The notes under the pieces: model-generated
The model's input: only the letters and a program-made list of their open reading frames with translations
Told to the model about the DNA's origin: nothing
Database searches by the model: none
In this document: positions 1-13,436 of the stretch, in pieces
How positions within the stretch are numbered: the first letter of the stretch is position 1
Layout of the letters: every line of letters begins with the position of its first letter
NCBI GenBank assembly: GCA_964016885.1
Contig: OZ024763.1
Coordinates: 8,866,001-8,930,000 of the forward strand
Direction of reading: 5' to 3'
Origin: Eledone cirrhosa
Taxonomy: Eukaryota
Length of the DNA: 64,000 nt
Program-made: the position numbers and the translations under genes

Positions 1-508
1 ACTGGATGTTCACGGCTGGAACCTCTTGATTATAGGGGTAGGGTTTGGGAGAGGCAAAGCTACCCCCCCCCCCCCTCCGAGGTTAGCTTTGTCTTTCATC
101 CTTACGGGGTCGATAAACTAAAGTACTAGTAATGTACTGGGGTTGATTTAATCGACTTCCCCCTCCCCCCGCACCCAAAATTACTGGCTTTGTGCCTAAA
201 TCAGAAGCAATTATTATTGTATTCTGTCAAAACCGACCCTGGGTTAAATAAATGGTTTGGTTGATAATAAAATATTGAAGGGATGTTCACGGCTGGAACA
301 TCTTAATTATAGGGGCAGGGATTGTAGGATTTAGGGAAAGATAGTTATTTCTATTTGATATCGTATATTATATTCTCGGTCAAAGCCGACCCTGGGTTAA
401 ATAAACAGTTGTTTGGTTTATAATATATTGAAACGTGGCGGTTTACTACTTAGAACAGGTTGGCAGGTTGCCTGGTTGGCTTGTTGCACGTCTTAATACT
501 AAATACTG

Positions 509-570
<62 letters not shown>

Positions 571-1010
571 GTCTTTTACTATTCAAGCCATCCGACTGAG
601 GCCATGTTGGGGCACTTTTATAAAATACTCGGTTAATTCTTTGTTGCACGACTTAAAACTAAATACAGGCCATGTATATGAAGGATTCGGGATCCCGACG
701 GCTGAACTCCTGCCGTTTCAACAGCTACATGTATATATAAACACCAGTTTTATAAAAAGAAATTTGGCTAATTTCTTCGGAAAGGGGTTATTTTTTATTT
801 TTTTAATTTTATATACTTTCACCCACTTCAACAATTTAGTATATTTTCTTAATGAAATACACACACTCGGTGTACACGTATACACATACCCATACACGCG
901 TTGTACACGTATACACCGCCCCTCCTGCTGCTTGTTTTTCACTCTTTCACACACAGACACGTATATATATATATATATATATATGCGTGTGTATGTAATA
1001 TATATTTGTA

Positions 1011-1056
<46 letters not shown>

Positions 1057-1937
1057 GTGTGTTTGTATTCACACACACGTATGTGTATATACATATATAT
1101 TTCCTGATGATTTCCTTCGAATGAAACAGTTCTAGTCCTATAGAAGCCATTTCTATATTAAATTTGTTGTACTAATGTATTGAGTACCTTACTGTCGTTA
1201 CCCCCGATTGAACCCGGGACTTACACACGCACGTACACATACATGGACACACACGTACACAAGCACCTTGCGACAACCATATGTTTATTTTCTCCCATTA
1301 AACACTGGCAATCCTCTACGTGGTCGTTCGACCTGCAAGAAATACCAGCCAAATCCTTCAAATTTAATCGGTGTTCCGTCATGGAAAAACACAAACAACA
1401 TATTATAAAAAGATGAGGTGGTTACGACTGGAGCGTCTTTCATTATAGGTCAGCTGGACCAAGGCTGACCTGGGGCTAAACAACTACTAAATGTTGTGTA
1501 TATATATATAGAGAGAGAGAGAACTTGATGTTGAAACGACAAGAGCTCAGCCGTCGGGTCCCGACTCTTTATATTATATATGTTTATAATCTGCTGTCTT
1601 CCCTATTTATTAAAAATCCTCTCTATGTCTGTCTCACATCGCGAGATTTCTTATCTTCCAGTATGTTGCTGTTACTTAACCCTCGGTAAACTTCTATCGA
1701 CCAGAGTAGATATATAACCAAAGACAGTGACCATCGTGTATTTCTTTATTTTGTATCTAGAAAAACAAAACTACAATTGTTCTCTGTGGCCTTCCTTTCT
1801 GTTTTTCTTCTTTTAAAGACAGAGTATGGTTATAATTTGAGAGTTAGTCTAGCTCCTATTTCTAGCAAGCGAGCCACATAGCAGTTTGTCTTCGTTGCGT
1901 TCAAGTATGTTAAATAAAACTGTGGAATGTATGTATG

Positions 1938-2001
<64 letters not shown>

Positions 2002-3574
2002 ATATGAGTATGTCATATTTGTCTTGTCTACCTAACCGTTTCTACCCCTGACAGTCGGGTATCTCGAATTTCTACCCAACTGTTTTAGTGTAACTCGATC
2101 TGGTAGACAATACTACATCATTCAGCCTGTCCTGCATTCTTTAAACACTGTAGAGTGTAATTTGATTGGGATTTAGTTGCTATTTCTAGGAGGTCGGGAA
2201 ACCACATGGAAGATCCCGTGTTTTGCTTATCTGTATTGCCCTAACGGTTGGCAAAATTCACATATGGATGTTCAATCGTGCTACACACACTCATCACATC
2301 GGTCCGTGAAACCTTGTTATATTTTCTGGTTTATAACAGTAGTTGGGAGTTGCTCAGCCTTCTTGTTTCTTGCGAGAAAGGGACACAATACCCTCAACCC
2401 CTGACCCTACCTTGAAACTCCTAACATAGTGTGTGAGAGAGAGTGGGGGTGAGAATTTGATCTCCTGCACTTAACTGGTATTTTTAACATCAATCCCGCT
2501 AGGTTGGAAGAAGTTGACATTGACGGGTTTTGAACTCAGAAAGTATACAACCAGGACATTTATCGTTATAACGATGTTGATATTTTTACCACAACCACTC
2601 GTATATATTTATATTAGAATTATTACACAATTGGTCATCCATATGTGAATTTTCATGATCGCATTATTAAACAAAGATATTGAATTCAAGAAAAACATCG
2701 CCATTAAGTTATTTTTTTCCGTTTTTAATATTAATTATTATTAATTTATATTTTTACTGATATTAAAGTTATTTTTAAAAAAATATGTTCAGTATTTTTA
2801 TTTATTCGAAAATATTAAAAATATTAAAAATAATCTCTTATTGGAAAACCTTTAAATCAGCTGCCGCTATATTTAACCTCACAATAGGAGAGTTCCTACT
2901 CTAATTGTCTTAATATAATTTACCAAATTAATTTGGTTAGAAATCGTCGGAAACCAGATTTTGTGGAAAATTTAATAAACTCTACATGGAATTTCCCAGT
3001 CACGTTTTTTGTTAATATTTTATATTTTTTGTGGTTTAAAATTATTTTGTTACCCCCCCCTCTCCCTTATTTCTTACGACAGTAACGTGTGCGTGTATAT
3101 GTATGTATGTATATTTGTATGTCTATATATATATATATGTGTGTATGTATGTGTATTTATGTGTGTGTGTGTATGAACTTTTACTAAGTGTCTTATGAGG
3201 TGTTTGACATTTTTAACTGATGTCACTGCTGTATCACATAAAAGTAGGTTATCTTTTTTAAGAATTAGGAAATACTTCATCTTTCAATAGTTTCAGTAGC
3301 CAGAGAAGTATTTTTGCATCTAGCCAGAATCCTCAGCCTGACTGAGTGAGATACAAACATATTTTATGTAAGCAATATAGAAAAGAGTATAGTATTTAGT
3401 GCTAATTATATTGTATTGAGATGATGTAGTAGAAGGTAACTAGATTCCACACTATTGTAGAGTCTTTGTTGTAAATGTATTTCTCCTGTCATTTTGGGGG
3501 TTGGAGGGCAAACAATCATAATTTTCCAACAAAAATCAGTACATGAGTACACTGAAGTGTTATGTGTACACAGT

Positions 3575-4080
3575 AAATGAAGCTATACTTACGCACAGAT
3601 CTGTGTGTATACACAGTATGTGAAAACATGAAGTTATATTTACATAGACCTGTGTACATGGTAAAAGTTGAAGCTATTCTTACACACAGACTTTTGTGTA
3701 CACAGTAAAAGATGAAGCTATCCTTGCACACAGACCTCTGTGTGTACACTGTAAATGAAGCTATCCTTACACACACACCTGTGTGTACACTGTAAATGAT
3801 GAAACTATACTTACACACAGACCTGTGTGTACAAATGAAGCTATACTTAGACTTATGTGTGAAACATGAAGTTATTCTTACACACAGACATTTGTATACC
3901 TACAGACTTTTTGTATACACATGAAGCTATTCTTACACACACACATGGACTTTTGTGTGTACACATGATGAAGCTAAACCTATACACATGTTTGTATGTA
4001 CACATGATGAAGCTAAACTTACACAGACATTTGTGTGTACACATGAAGCTATCCTTACACAAACAAACTTTTGTGTGCAC
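3575..4080. repeat. ~40-bp minisatellite, about a dozen units
   Basis: Unit ATGAAGCTATNCTTACACACAGACNTGTGTGTACAC(NGTAA). Confidence 0.9.
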
Positions 4081-5157
4081 ACCAGATGAGTGGGTTGTGA
4101 GGGCAGTCAACCCATGTACAGAAGAACAGTCAGCAAGATCAGAATTAAGTTCTGTAAGAGCAAGACATAGGTCACCTGACTTGTCTCACAACAGGAAAAT
4201 CCATCTAACCCATGCTAGAAAATAGATATTAAACAGTGACGATGATACATTTTAAAACTGGTTTCATTTGTAGCTTTTACGCATACCCACCCACACCTAA
4301 TTTTTACATATGTATAAACACCATGTATAAACACTAATCTATATACACATACACATACACATACAGATATAAATACATACATGTATAAACACATGCAAAC
4401 ACATGAATATACACGTATATATAAACACACACACACATACAGCTTTATATTCAAGTCTAAACATAAATTTTCAATGTATCACCCCTCTCCATGTACATGG
4501 TCTATAATGTACACATGACTTACATGACTTACATGTTTCAGGTTTATGCTGCACACGTGCATATAAATCGCGACATGGTCTGTAATGTACACACAACCTA
4601 CATGTTTTGTGTATATTCTGCACACATGCACATATATACCTACATGTTCACACATTCAATGTTTAGTGCTTGCACCACATGCACATGTACTCTGTTCCCT
4701 GCTCTCAATGCCCCCCCCCCCCCCCTCTCTGATCTATTCTACCAAGATGCTGGGAGTGGGGAGGTTGTTAAATCTTTCTTTTGATCTCTTCTCTCTAACT
4801 TTCAACTGCTGCCAACTATTTTTAGCTTCAATTTTGGTTGAATTTCAACATTTTTACATTCTTTTTACATGTAGCACACATACACACACATTCTCTCTTT
4901 CCCTATATATAATAATTTGTGTGTGTATATATATTGGATATTTCTACCAAACTTATACAACAATATATATAAATTTAAATGATTTTAAAAGCTTTACAAT
5001 GCATTAGAAAATTAAAGGTGCCAAGATAACAATAGAATCTTATCTTAGCAAATTTAATAATCCCAAATATTTTTGAGTTTAAAATCCCATTACCAAGCAG
5101 TATCCCTGTGAATGTCTTGAATCAATTGGAGATGAGTTGTTAGGAAAGTAGATTTAA

Positions 5158-5355
5158 CCCTTTAGCATTTAAACTAGCCACATCTGGCCAGAATTCTCTC
5201 ACCTCTTTCTGTTCAAACCGGCTGTAACTGACCTCTCATACCGATGTTAAGGTATTGTTTTCAAAATAAATATTATCAAAATCTCATAGATTTGATATGT
5301 GAGGTAAAGCCTTTACTGTGAAAAAATAATAGTATATATAGAGTAATGTAAAGGG
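5158..5355. mobile_element. piggyBac-like MITE, copy 1
   Basis: TTAA-CCCTTTAGCATT...AATGTAAAGGG-TTAA; second copy at 33611-33923. Confidence 0.8.
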
Positions 5356-5862
5356 TTAAGTATATATATATATAATGTGAGACAAGTCAGATTAGATGAC
5401 AATGTCTTGTTCATACACAATTTTTTCTATGGCTGGATGTCCTCCCTAACACCAATGACATTTACAATGTGTACTGGGTGCTTTTTGTAATGGCACTCAC
5501 ACAACCACTTTACAGTATGGGTTGGGTGCTTTATATATATATAATATATGTATGTGTGTAGGTGTGAATTTGAACAAAGATGGTGTGGGGGTTAAGAAAG
5601 GTGATGAGTATGTTATGGGTGTATGACAAGTGTGGTGGTATTTAACAGGGTCGTGAGTGTGATGTGGTGGGGGTGACCTCCACTAGTGTGGGAGGTACTA
5701 GGATAAGTTCCTGAGCTGGTGGGGTTGGAGGTTATAACTAGTGTTTGAATTTTAGGGGTTGCAGGGATCCTGACTGTATGTATGTGTGTGCGCGTATATC
5801 TCTCTCGCTAGTATTTATATATCACACACACAGAGAGAGAGATATGTGTGTGTAATATATAA

Positions 5863-5908
<46 letters not shown>

Positions 5909-6162
5909 TGTGTGTGTGTGTTTAATATATAAATTTCTCTCTCTCTCTGTAATATATAAATATGATATATATTATATATATAGTCATGGAAATATTCCAC
6001 CATTTCAATCGAGCTGTGCAGAAAAAAAAAGTTCAATTTCACCCTCATAAATTCATTTCTCACTTCAGATTTAGATTTCCAAACACACACACATTGAGAT
6101 TTATCCACACACATGCGCACGCGCACGCGCGCGCACACACACACACAGTTACACACACACAG

Positions 6163-6227
<65 letters not shown>

Positions 6228-6924
6228 AATGTTCTCACACATTGAGATATATCCACACACACCTAGCCATTTTATATTAAATATTTCTACTAGTACTAAA
6301 TGTGTGTGTGAGCATATTTCAGTGTGTGTGTGTGAAATATTTCAATGTGTGTGTATAAAATAATTACTTTTAATTCTTTGCTGTAAATTTCAATCCAGTG
6401 AATATTTATTGATTTTTGACAATTTAAGTATTGGAAATTGTTTTTTGAAAGAGAGATCTGGCTAAGAAACTCCATTTCTAACTTCATCTACTCTGTTCAG
6501 GTAATTAAGGTGTAATCACCTGTAATCACCATTATTACTGGCATAAATCTGTCTTTTTAACATTCTACTATGCCATACTGACTTTAAAGTAGAAGAAAAT
6601 GGTAGATTTTCTATATAACTCACCCATCCCACTAATACTTCTCCGAAAATGCTTAGCACATTTCTTCGCCAATAATTTGACCTCCAAACACACCTGCCCA
6701 CCCACTCATCCATCCAACTTCTAACCATTCAAATTGATCATTAACTACATTAAACTCATTCAAATGTGTCAATCCCAGAGTTTGGGTGAAGGCGGGGATG
6801 TCAGAAATATTAATAAAGTGTTTCCTCTTTAACTTAATATATTAGAAGAAATTTGGACCACAATCTAGCGAGTTTTTGTTTAGTGAGAATATTGGAGAGT
6901 ACAAAGACTTCCATAATTGTCAGT

Positions 6925-6962
<38 letters not shown>

Positions 6963-7054
6963 CATACATACATACATACATACATACAGAGTCCAGAAAT
7001 AGCCATCGAAACGGCTTGAGCTCTGCCGTCGGAGTCCTGACTATTTTCCTATAT

Positions 7055-7401
7055 ATCATCATCATCATCGTCATTTTATGTCCGCTTTTCCCTGCTTGCA
7101 AGGGTGGGACGGGTCCTATTCAGCACAGCATTTCTCCACTTGTCACGGTCCTTCATCATCTCCTCCGTGAGCTTCAGCGATCTGAGGTCTGCTCTCACCA
7201 CCTCTGCCCATGTTTTTCGTGGTCTATCACTACTGCATCTTCCTTCTACTGGGATTTCTTGGCACTTCTTTACCCAGCGGTCATCCTCCATGCACATCAC
7301 ATGTCCATACCATCGCAGTCTCCTCTCTCGCACACTACAATCTATCCCTCTCAGACACAGTTTCTTTCTCAACACATCCATGCTCGGTTGTTCATGCACA
7401 T
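7055..7401 (-). mobile_element. RTE LINE 3' fragment
   Basis: RERRLRWYGHV...RPRKTW...ASREKRT plus (CAT)n tail. Confidence 0.88.
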
Positions 7402-7410
7402 ATATATATA

Positions 7411-7640
7411 GGCAGCAAATTGGCAGAGTTGTCGGAACATCGGATAAGAATGCTTTGCGGTACACGTTCTGGCTCTCTGCACTCTGAGTTCAAATCCTAC
7501 CAAGGTAAACTTTACCTTTCATCCTTACGGGGTCGATAAAATAAAGTACCAGTCACGCACTGAGGTTTGATTTAATCGACTTTCCCCTCCCCCAAAATTG
7601 ATGGCCTTGTGCCTATATAAGAAACTATTATTATTATTAT
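7411..7640 (+). mobile_element. tRNA-derived SINE with Deu/Nin-like core (family also at ~75-220, 16003-16185, 32090-32583, 34830-35020 on +; 2460-2545, 17410-17495, 18925-19050, 35470-35570 on -)
   Basis: A-box-like TGGCAGAGTTG, B box GAGTTCAAATCC, core CCTTTCATCCTTACGGGGTCGATAAAATAAAGTACCAG, (ATT)n tail. Confidence 0.8.
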
Positions 7641-7657
7641 ATATATATTATATAAAA

Positions 7658-7845
7658 TTGTTTCTACTTTAGGCACAAAGCCAGCAAATTACCCAGTACA
7701 TTACTGGTACTTTATTTTATCGACCCCCGTAAGGATGAAAGGCAAAGTTAACCTCGGCGGGATTTGAACTCAGACTGTAAAGGGACATAACTATGCTAGA
7801 AAGCATGGCGTCCAACCCTCTACCGATATTGCCAATTCACCGCCC
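7658..7845 (-). mobile_element. same SINE family, tail-to-tail with the preceding copy
   Basis: Reverse complement of the core and B box (GGATTTGAACTC). Confidence 0.8.
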
Positions 7846-8038
7846 TTATATATATTATATATATATAATGGAACTTCGGTTGTCTGATATGTTATTAGTG
7901 TCTGATAACTGTCATTTGTGATATCTGTTATGTGTGATAACAGATAGTTATTTGTGTGTGATATCTCTTTAAACTTGCTTTTTTCCTTGCAGTTTGTACT
8001 GTACGACTTGGATTTGTCTACTGACCTTGAGTCTGGAC

Positions 8039-8200
8039 ATGGCGACTGAGGTGGTTTCAAATATTGAGGATGAGGCTTACGAGCCGCAAACCTACGATGA
8101 GGCTTTTCCAGCCCTTCTCTCCGACAAGAACGACTTACCAGCTACAAGTGCCTCGCATGGCGAGAATAAATTTGTTCTACGCTGTACGAAAACGACACAG
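8039..8200 (+). CDS. HDLBP: vigilin coding exon 1 (acceptor AG 7991-7992; exon begins 7993 in 5'UTR)
   Basis: gacATGg start context; MATEVVSNIEDEAYEPQTYDEAFPALL...TKTTQ; donor gtaaga. Confidence 0.88.
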
Positions 8201-10468
8201 GTAAGAATGACATTTCTACAATGTTCTACCTGAATGATGAAGTCTTTTCTGTAGAACATTGGAACTGATTTATATAATATATACACTTACACATTTATAT
8301 AATATATACACATACACTTATATATACAAATACATACATTGTGCAGACGTTTGTACATACACTTACATATGTATTTATGCATAGATACATAGTTAGAAAC
8401 ACATAAATACATATATACACATATACGCAGTTAGACACAAATATGTACATATACACGCATGCAAGCATGGTAAATAGACATTAAACGATGACAATGATGA
8501 TGATACATATATTTATATATAGTTTCACATGTCTTTGTTATTTTTGCAGATTTTCACTGTTCCTCTTGAGGAGAGGAGATTTAAGGAGATTAACGAGCAC
8601 AGTTTTGGAGAGGAAGGGGAACAAGCAAAGATCTGTCGTGATATTATGCAAAAAACTGGTGAGTAGATATTACAGTAGGGGTTACAGTAGCTACAGTGGT
8701 GTGTTGGGGTTACAGTGTCAGACATTTTATCTATCAAATAAACATGCATCATCCTTTTCCTTGTTGGTGTCAGGCATTTTATCTATCAAACATTCCTCAT
8801 CAGTCAGACATTTTATCCATCAAATACACATTTTTTTCCTCATCAGTGTCAGGCATTTTATCTATCAAACAAACACCACATTGTTTTGTTTTTTTCTGTT
8901 TTGATATTGTATAATTTTCATTGTGTTTTTCTTGTTTTATTCACCTGTTTCAGGTGTGTCCATTGAGATGAGCTTGGCTAAAGATCAAAGTTTAACTGTT
9001 GTCATTAGTGGAAAACCTGATGATGTCATGAAAGCTCGTCGGGAAGTTGTATCAGAACTGCAAACACAGGTAATGTATTACTTGCTGTCCCTCTACCTGA
9101 GATCTTATACCTGTGCTGATCTCCAATAGTCTAGTGTGTATATTGTATAGTCCCATAACTCCCGAGGGAGTCATAGAGGCACCATATTGGCAGACAGCGT
9201 TTCATGGGCATCTTTTAAACCTGGCTGAGTCCATCTCCTCTCTCTCCAGGTCTGAGTATAGCACATTTCTTCTAGAGAAGGATAGAGAGAGAGAGAAACT
9301 CTAAATGAGAAAGATATATAGAGGAAGAATTTACCCCAGTTCAAGACTGGTACTATATATATATATATATCAAATAAGACTAGTCAAAACTGGATTAATC
9401 CACCATAATTGTTTGACGCTTGTCACCTAGGTCTCTGAGATCATGGAGATACTAAGAGAAGGACCATTGGTATATATTTAAATGCCTTCCACTATATGTA
9501 TGTGTATGTGTATATAAAGAGATGGGGGAATGAGAAAGAGATAAAGAGGAAACATCGAACCCAGTAAGAGACTGGACAGTGGTTTTTGTTGCGTCACACA
9601 CAACCACTTTACAGTGTGGACTGGGTGCTTTTTGTTGTGACACCTACATGACCATATTACAGTGAGTAATGGGTGCTTTTTGTTGTGACACACATGACCA
9701 TATTACAGTGTGGACTGGGTGCTTTTTTTTCATGATACCAAAACGACACTCATTAAACACTACTAAATTACACACTAAACAGATATACATCAACTTTAAT
9801 TGACTTTTCTCGTTAAACAATTTAGGCAAGTTATACAATAAAAATTCCAAAGGAACACCATCGATTTATTTTGGGTAAAAATGGAAAGAAACTACAGGAA
9901 CTTGAGCTGAACACTGCCACAAAGATCATAATCCCTCGTGCTGATAACACAGACATTATTCGTATTGTGGGCACAAAAGAAGGTGTTGAGAAAGCCCGCC
10001 ATGAAATACAGTGCACTTCAGACGAACAGGTATGTTGGAATTTTTGGTTTCCTTTTCATTGTGTCTGGTGTGTGTCTTCCTGTTAGGTCCCTTGTTGAAG
10101 TATTGTCCATACCTGGGAAAGTAGGGGCCTTAATCCTTAATTATATATATATATATTTTTTTTTTTTCATTTAAAAAAAAAAAAAAATATATATATATAT
10201 AACTTTCATCTCTACATGTGAGCCTATATAGGCGTAAATGTTTTCTTTATATCTACATGTGTGAGCCTATATATATATATATAATTCAAAATTAAAAGAT
10301 ATATGTGTATATATTGCGTATTCTCTCTCTCTCTCTCTTTTAATTTGAATTATTATAGCTCTGGACAAACTCTATTGAGCTTTTTTATTTAGAAGCACAA
10401 AAATCAAACATATTTGATATGATTTGATACCTCATATTTAAACATATAAAATATATATATATAAGTAA

Positions 10469-10519
<51 letters not shown>

Positions 10520-12186
10520 TGTGTGTATATTTCCTTATATTTCTACATGTCTGAGCCTTATATATATATATATATATAGAATAGAAAACGAAAAATCAGT
10601 GATGCATCTGAACTCAATTTATTGTGTGTTACAATTGTTTCGCCGGTGGACAACTCAAGACGCGAGCATTGTGTGGATCTGTCTGATTCTGGACCCGCAG
10701 GTTCGACGGACACGTCTAATAATTTCAGAGCATATTCTCTCGCTATATATATATATTGAAACAATGTAATTGGAAGAACTGATGTATCTCTAACCGTTCT
10801 GTCACTCACTCAATGCTTTAATTAAGCCAGCACCATTAAGATACCAACTAATAAGGAAAGAGTGTACACTTGTACATTAAATAGTGAGAGATTTCGTGTG
10901 GGTAGAGAATTTAATTCTTTGTCTCCGGACTAATGCACTAGTTTCTGTTACCCCATCTGCTGGTGACAGTCCATGTTGGACTGGCGTGTACAGAGATTAG
11001 GTAATGCTATTAAACATTACTTAATCAGCTAAGAGTAACTTCATCAGCAGCGAGTTAGCCTCCTTGGAACAGGTCAAACACCAGCCCACTGAATTCTGTG
11101 TGGAATCGCCATTACAGTAGTCAATGCGACTTTCAGTGTCATGTGACAGTGGAAGGGAGCTTACCTAGTATTCTCTATTTTTGAGGTACATGCTGGTACA
11201 TTTTTACAAATTGAAAACAGTAAAGAATGAGCTATATATATATATATATATGTATGTGTAAATGTTTTCTTATATCTGTACCTGTCTATATTTATTAATT
11301 TTTTCATTCCTTTTCTCTTGTTCTGTTTTTGTTGTATTTAGGCTAAACTGGCTTTTGAACGTATCCCTGTTCCAAAGATCTACCACCCTTTTATTTGTGG
11401 ACCACACAACAACAACATTAAATCTCTGATGGATTCTACAAATGTTCGTATTAACGTACCACCCCCTAGTGTTATGAAAGACGAAATTGTGGTTTCTGGT
11501 GAGAAGGAGGGTGTGATGAAAGCTAAAACTTTCATCTTGAAAACTTTGGAAGAGAAGGTAAGTTGAAGAAAGCTCTTCATCATGATCCCAGTTTTACATC
11601 CATTTTTCCATGCTAGCATGGGTTAGACGAGTTATCCTGTTGTGGACAATGCTAGGCCAGGTGACCATGTCTTGCTCATACAGAACTGATTTTAGCTCGA
11701 TTTCTACGGTTGGATGCCCTTCCTAACGCCAACCTCATAGTGAGTACTGGGTGCTTTTTACCGCAGCGCCTACACAACCACTTTATGGTGGGAGGGAGGT
11801 GGGGCATACTGTATATATGCTTCAACTTTGGCTTGTACCCGTGGGAAGTTGGGTCTTCTGTATGACTGCGTAATGCCAGAGATCTCGGTCATGTCATTAC
11901 ATATGAAAGGTGTAATTAGGCAAGTCAGCTTTTATCACTTCATCTCAACTCTTAGGTCTCTCCATTCCAAGCCTTCCATCAACTTTCGTCATTAAAAACT
12001 TTCTCATACTAGAATTTTTTTCAACACGCTGAGGTATATAGATATAGATAGATTTATATAGGTATATTGTAGATATATATTTAAATGTATATATATGAAT
12101 ATATATGTATGTATAAATACATATAGGGAAATTCATTTTCAAATAAATTGATATAAATAATAGTGTTTGGATACATATTTTAATGG

Positions 12187-12228
<42 letters not shown>

Positions 12229-12438
12229 CTAAAGTCTGTCTTCAGCAAGAAGGCTATTTGGCCTGTACTTATTTCGGTTTCATGGCGTGAAGCGACTGGG
12301 GGTACAAGACTCCCCCTGGACAGGACACCACTTCATCACACCCCCCCAGCTATTGCTGGTACTCATTTTTCAGCTGAGTATACTTGAGCAACGTGAAATG
12401 AAGTGTTTTGCAACCCAGGAATATATATATAATTATAC

Positions 12439-12496
<58 letters not shown>

Positions 12497-13400
12497 CTGA
12501 TAGACCCATTTTAAGTGTTTCTGTGTCTCTGTTTCTGTTGTCAGAAAAAGAAGTGCCAGCCTGTCTCAGTTGAGGTGCGCAAATGTCAACATAAATATGT
12601 GATTGGTCAGAAGAGAGCAAATATCCAGGAAATTCTGGAAGCCACAGGAGTCTCTGTGGAAGTACCAAGTTTGGAAAGCCCCTCAGGAACTATTACACTT
12701 CGTGGGGAAGAGGATAAGCTAGGACCTGCCCTTACTATGGTGTACTCCAAGGTAAACTATATATCACTTTTGTTTTTACCTTTTGTCTTCTGTCATCTGG
12801 TCTTCTCACTCATGTCTCTCTCTCTGTCTATCTCTCTATCTCTGTCTATCTATCTCTCTCTCTCTGTGTCTATCTCTCTATATATTAGAGAGCCGGAGCC
12901 TGGCAGCTGAGCTCTCGTCATTTTGACAGCAAATTCCAGACTGGGGATAAAATTCTATTGTGAAAACAGCCATCTCATCAGTGGCTTGGTCTAAGGAGTC
13001 GATAAGTGGAAGAAAGTATGTATATATATATATATTATATATATATACAAAAAAATTTACATGTCTCTCCTCTCTCTCTCTCTCTCTTCTCTCTCACCCA
13101 AACCCTTCTTTATACAAAACCAAGATATTTGTCTTAATGTATCCCTCCTATTTCAGGCCAACAGTGTGATTGTGGAGGAAGTAAAGGCTCCAGCTTGGCT
13201 TCACAGGTTCATTATTGGAAAACAGGGTTCCAATATAAAGAAGATCACACAAAACACTCCAAAGGTAATTTTATATTTTTACTTATTTGTTATATTTACA
13301 GTCCAACATAGGTTTATAATATCTACAGTCCTTACTGTAGAGTGGTTGGTTTTAGGTAGGACATCCAACTGTAGAAACCATGCTCCCAGTACACACACGT

Positions 13401-13436
<36 letters not shown>

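Noticed and set aside
3280-3345. Minus-strand CTGAGGA...GAAAC
   Set aside because: The intervening sequence is a direct repeat, not a stem, and there is no cleavage triplet.
3575-4080. CRISPR-like look of the regularly spaced palindromic repeat
   Set aside because: No unique spacers, eukaryotic context and no cas genes. It is a minisatellite.
446-6487. Many short YI/CV/HT-rich ORFs upstream of vigilin (and similar ones at 30.5-37 kb)
   Set aside because: Microsatellite translations with no recognisable domain or splice-consistent structure.
1-7992. Promoter and non-coding first exon of vigilin
   Set aside because: The acceptor at 7992 implies an upstream exon, but I cannot place it or a TSS from sequence alone.
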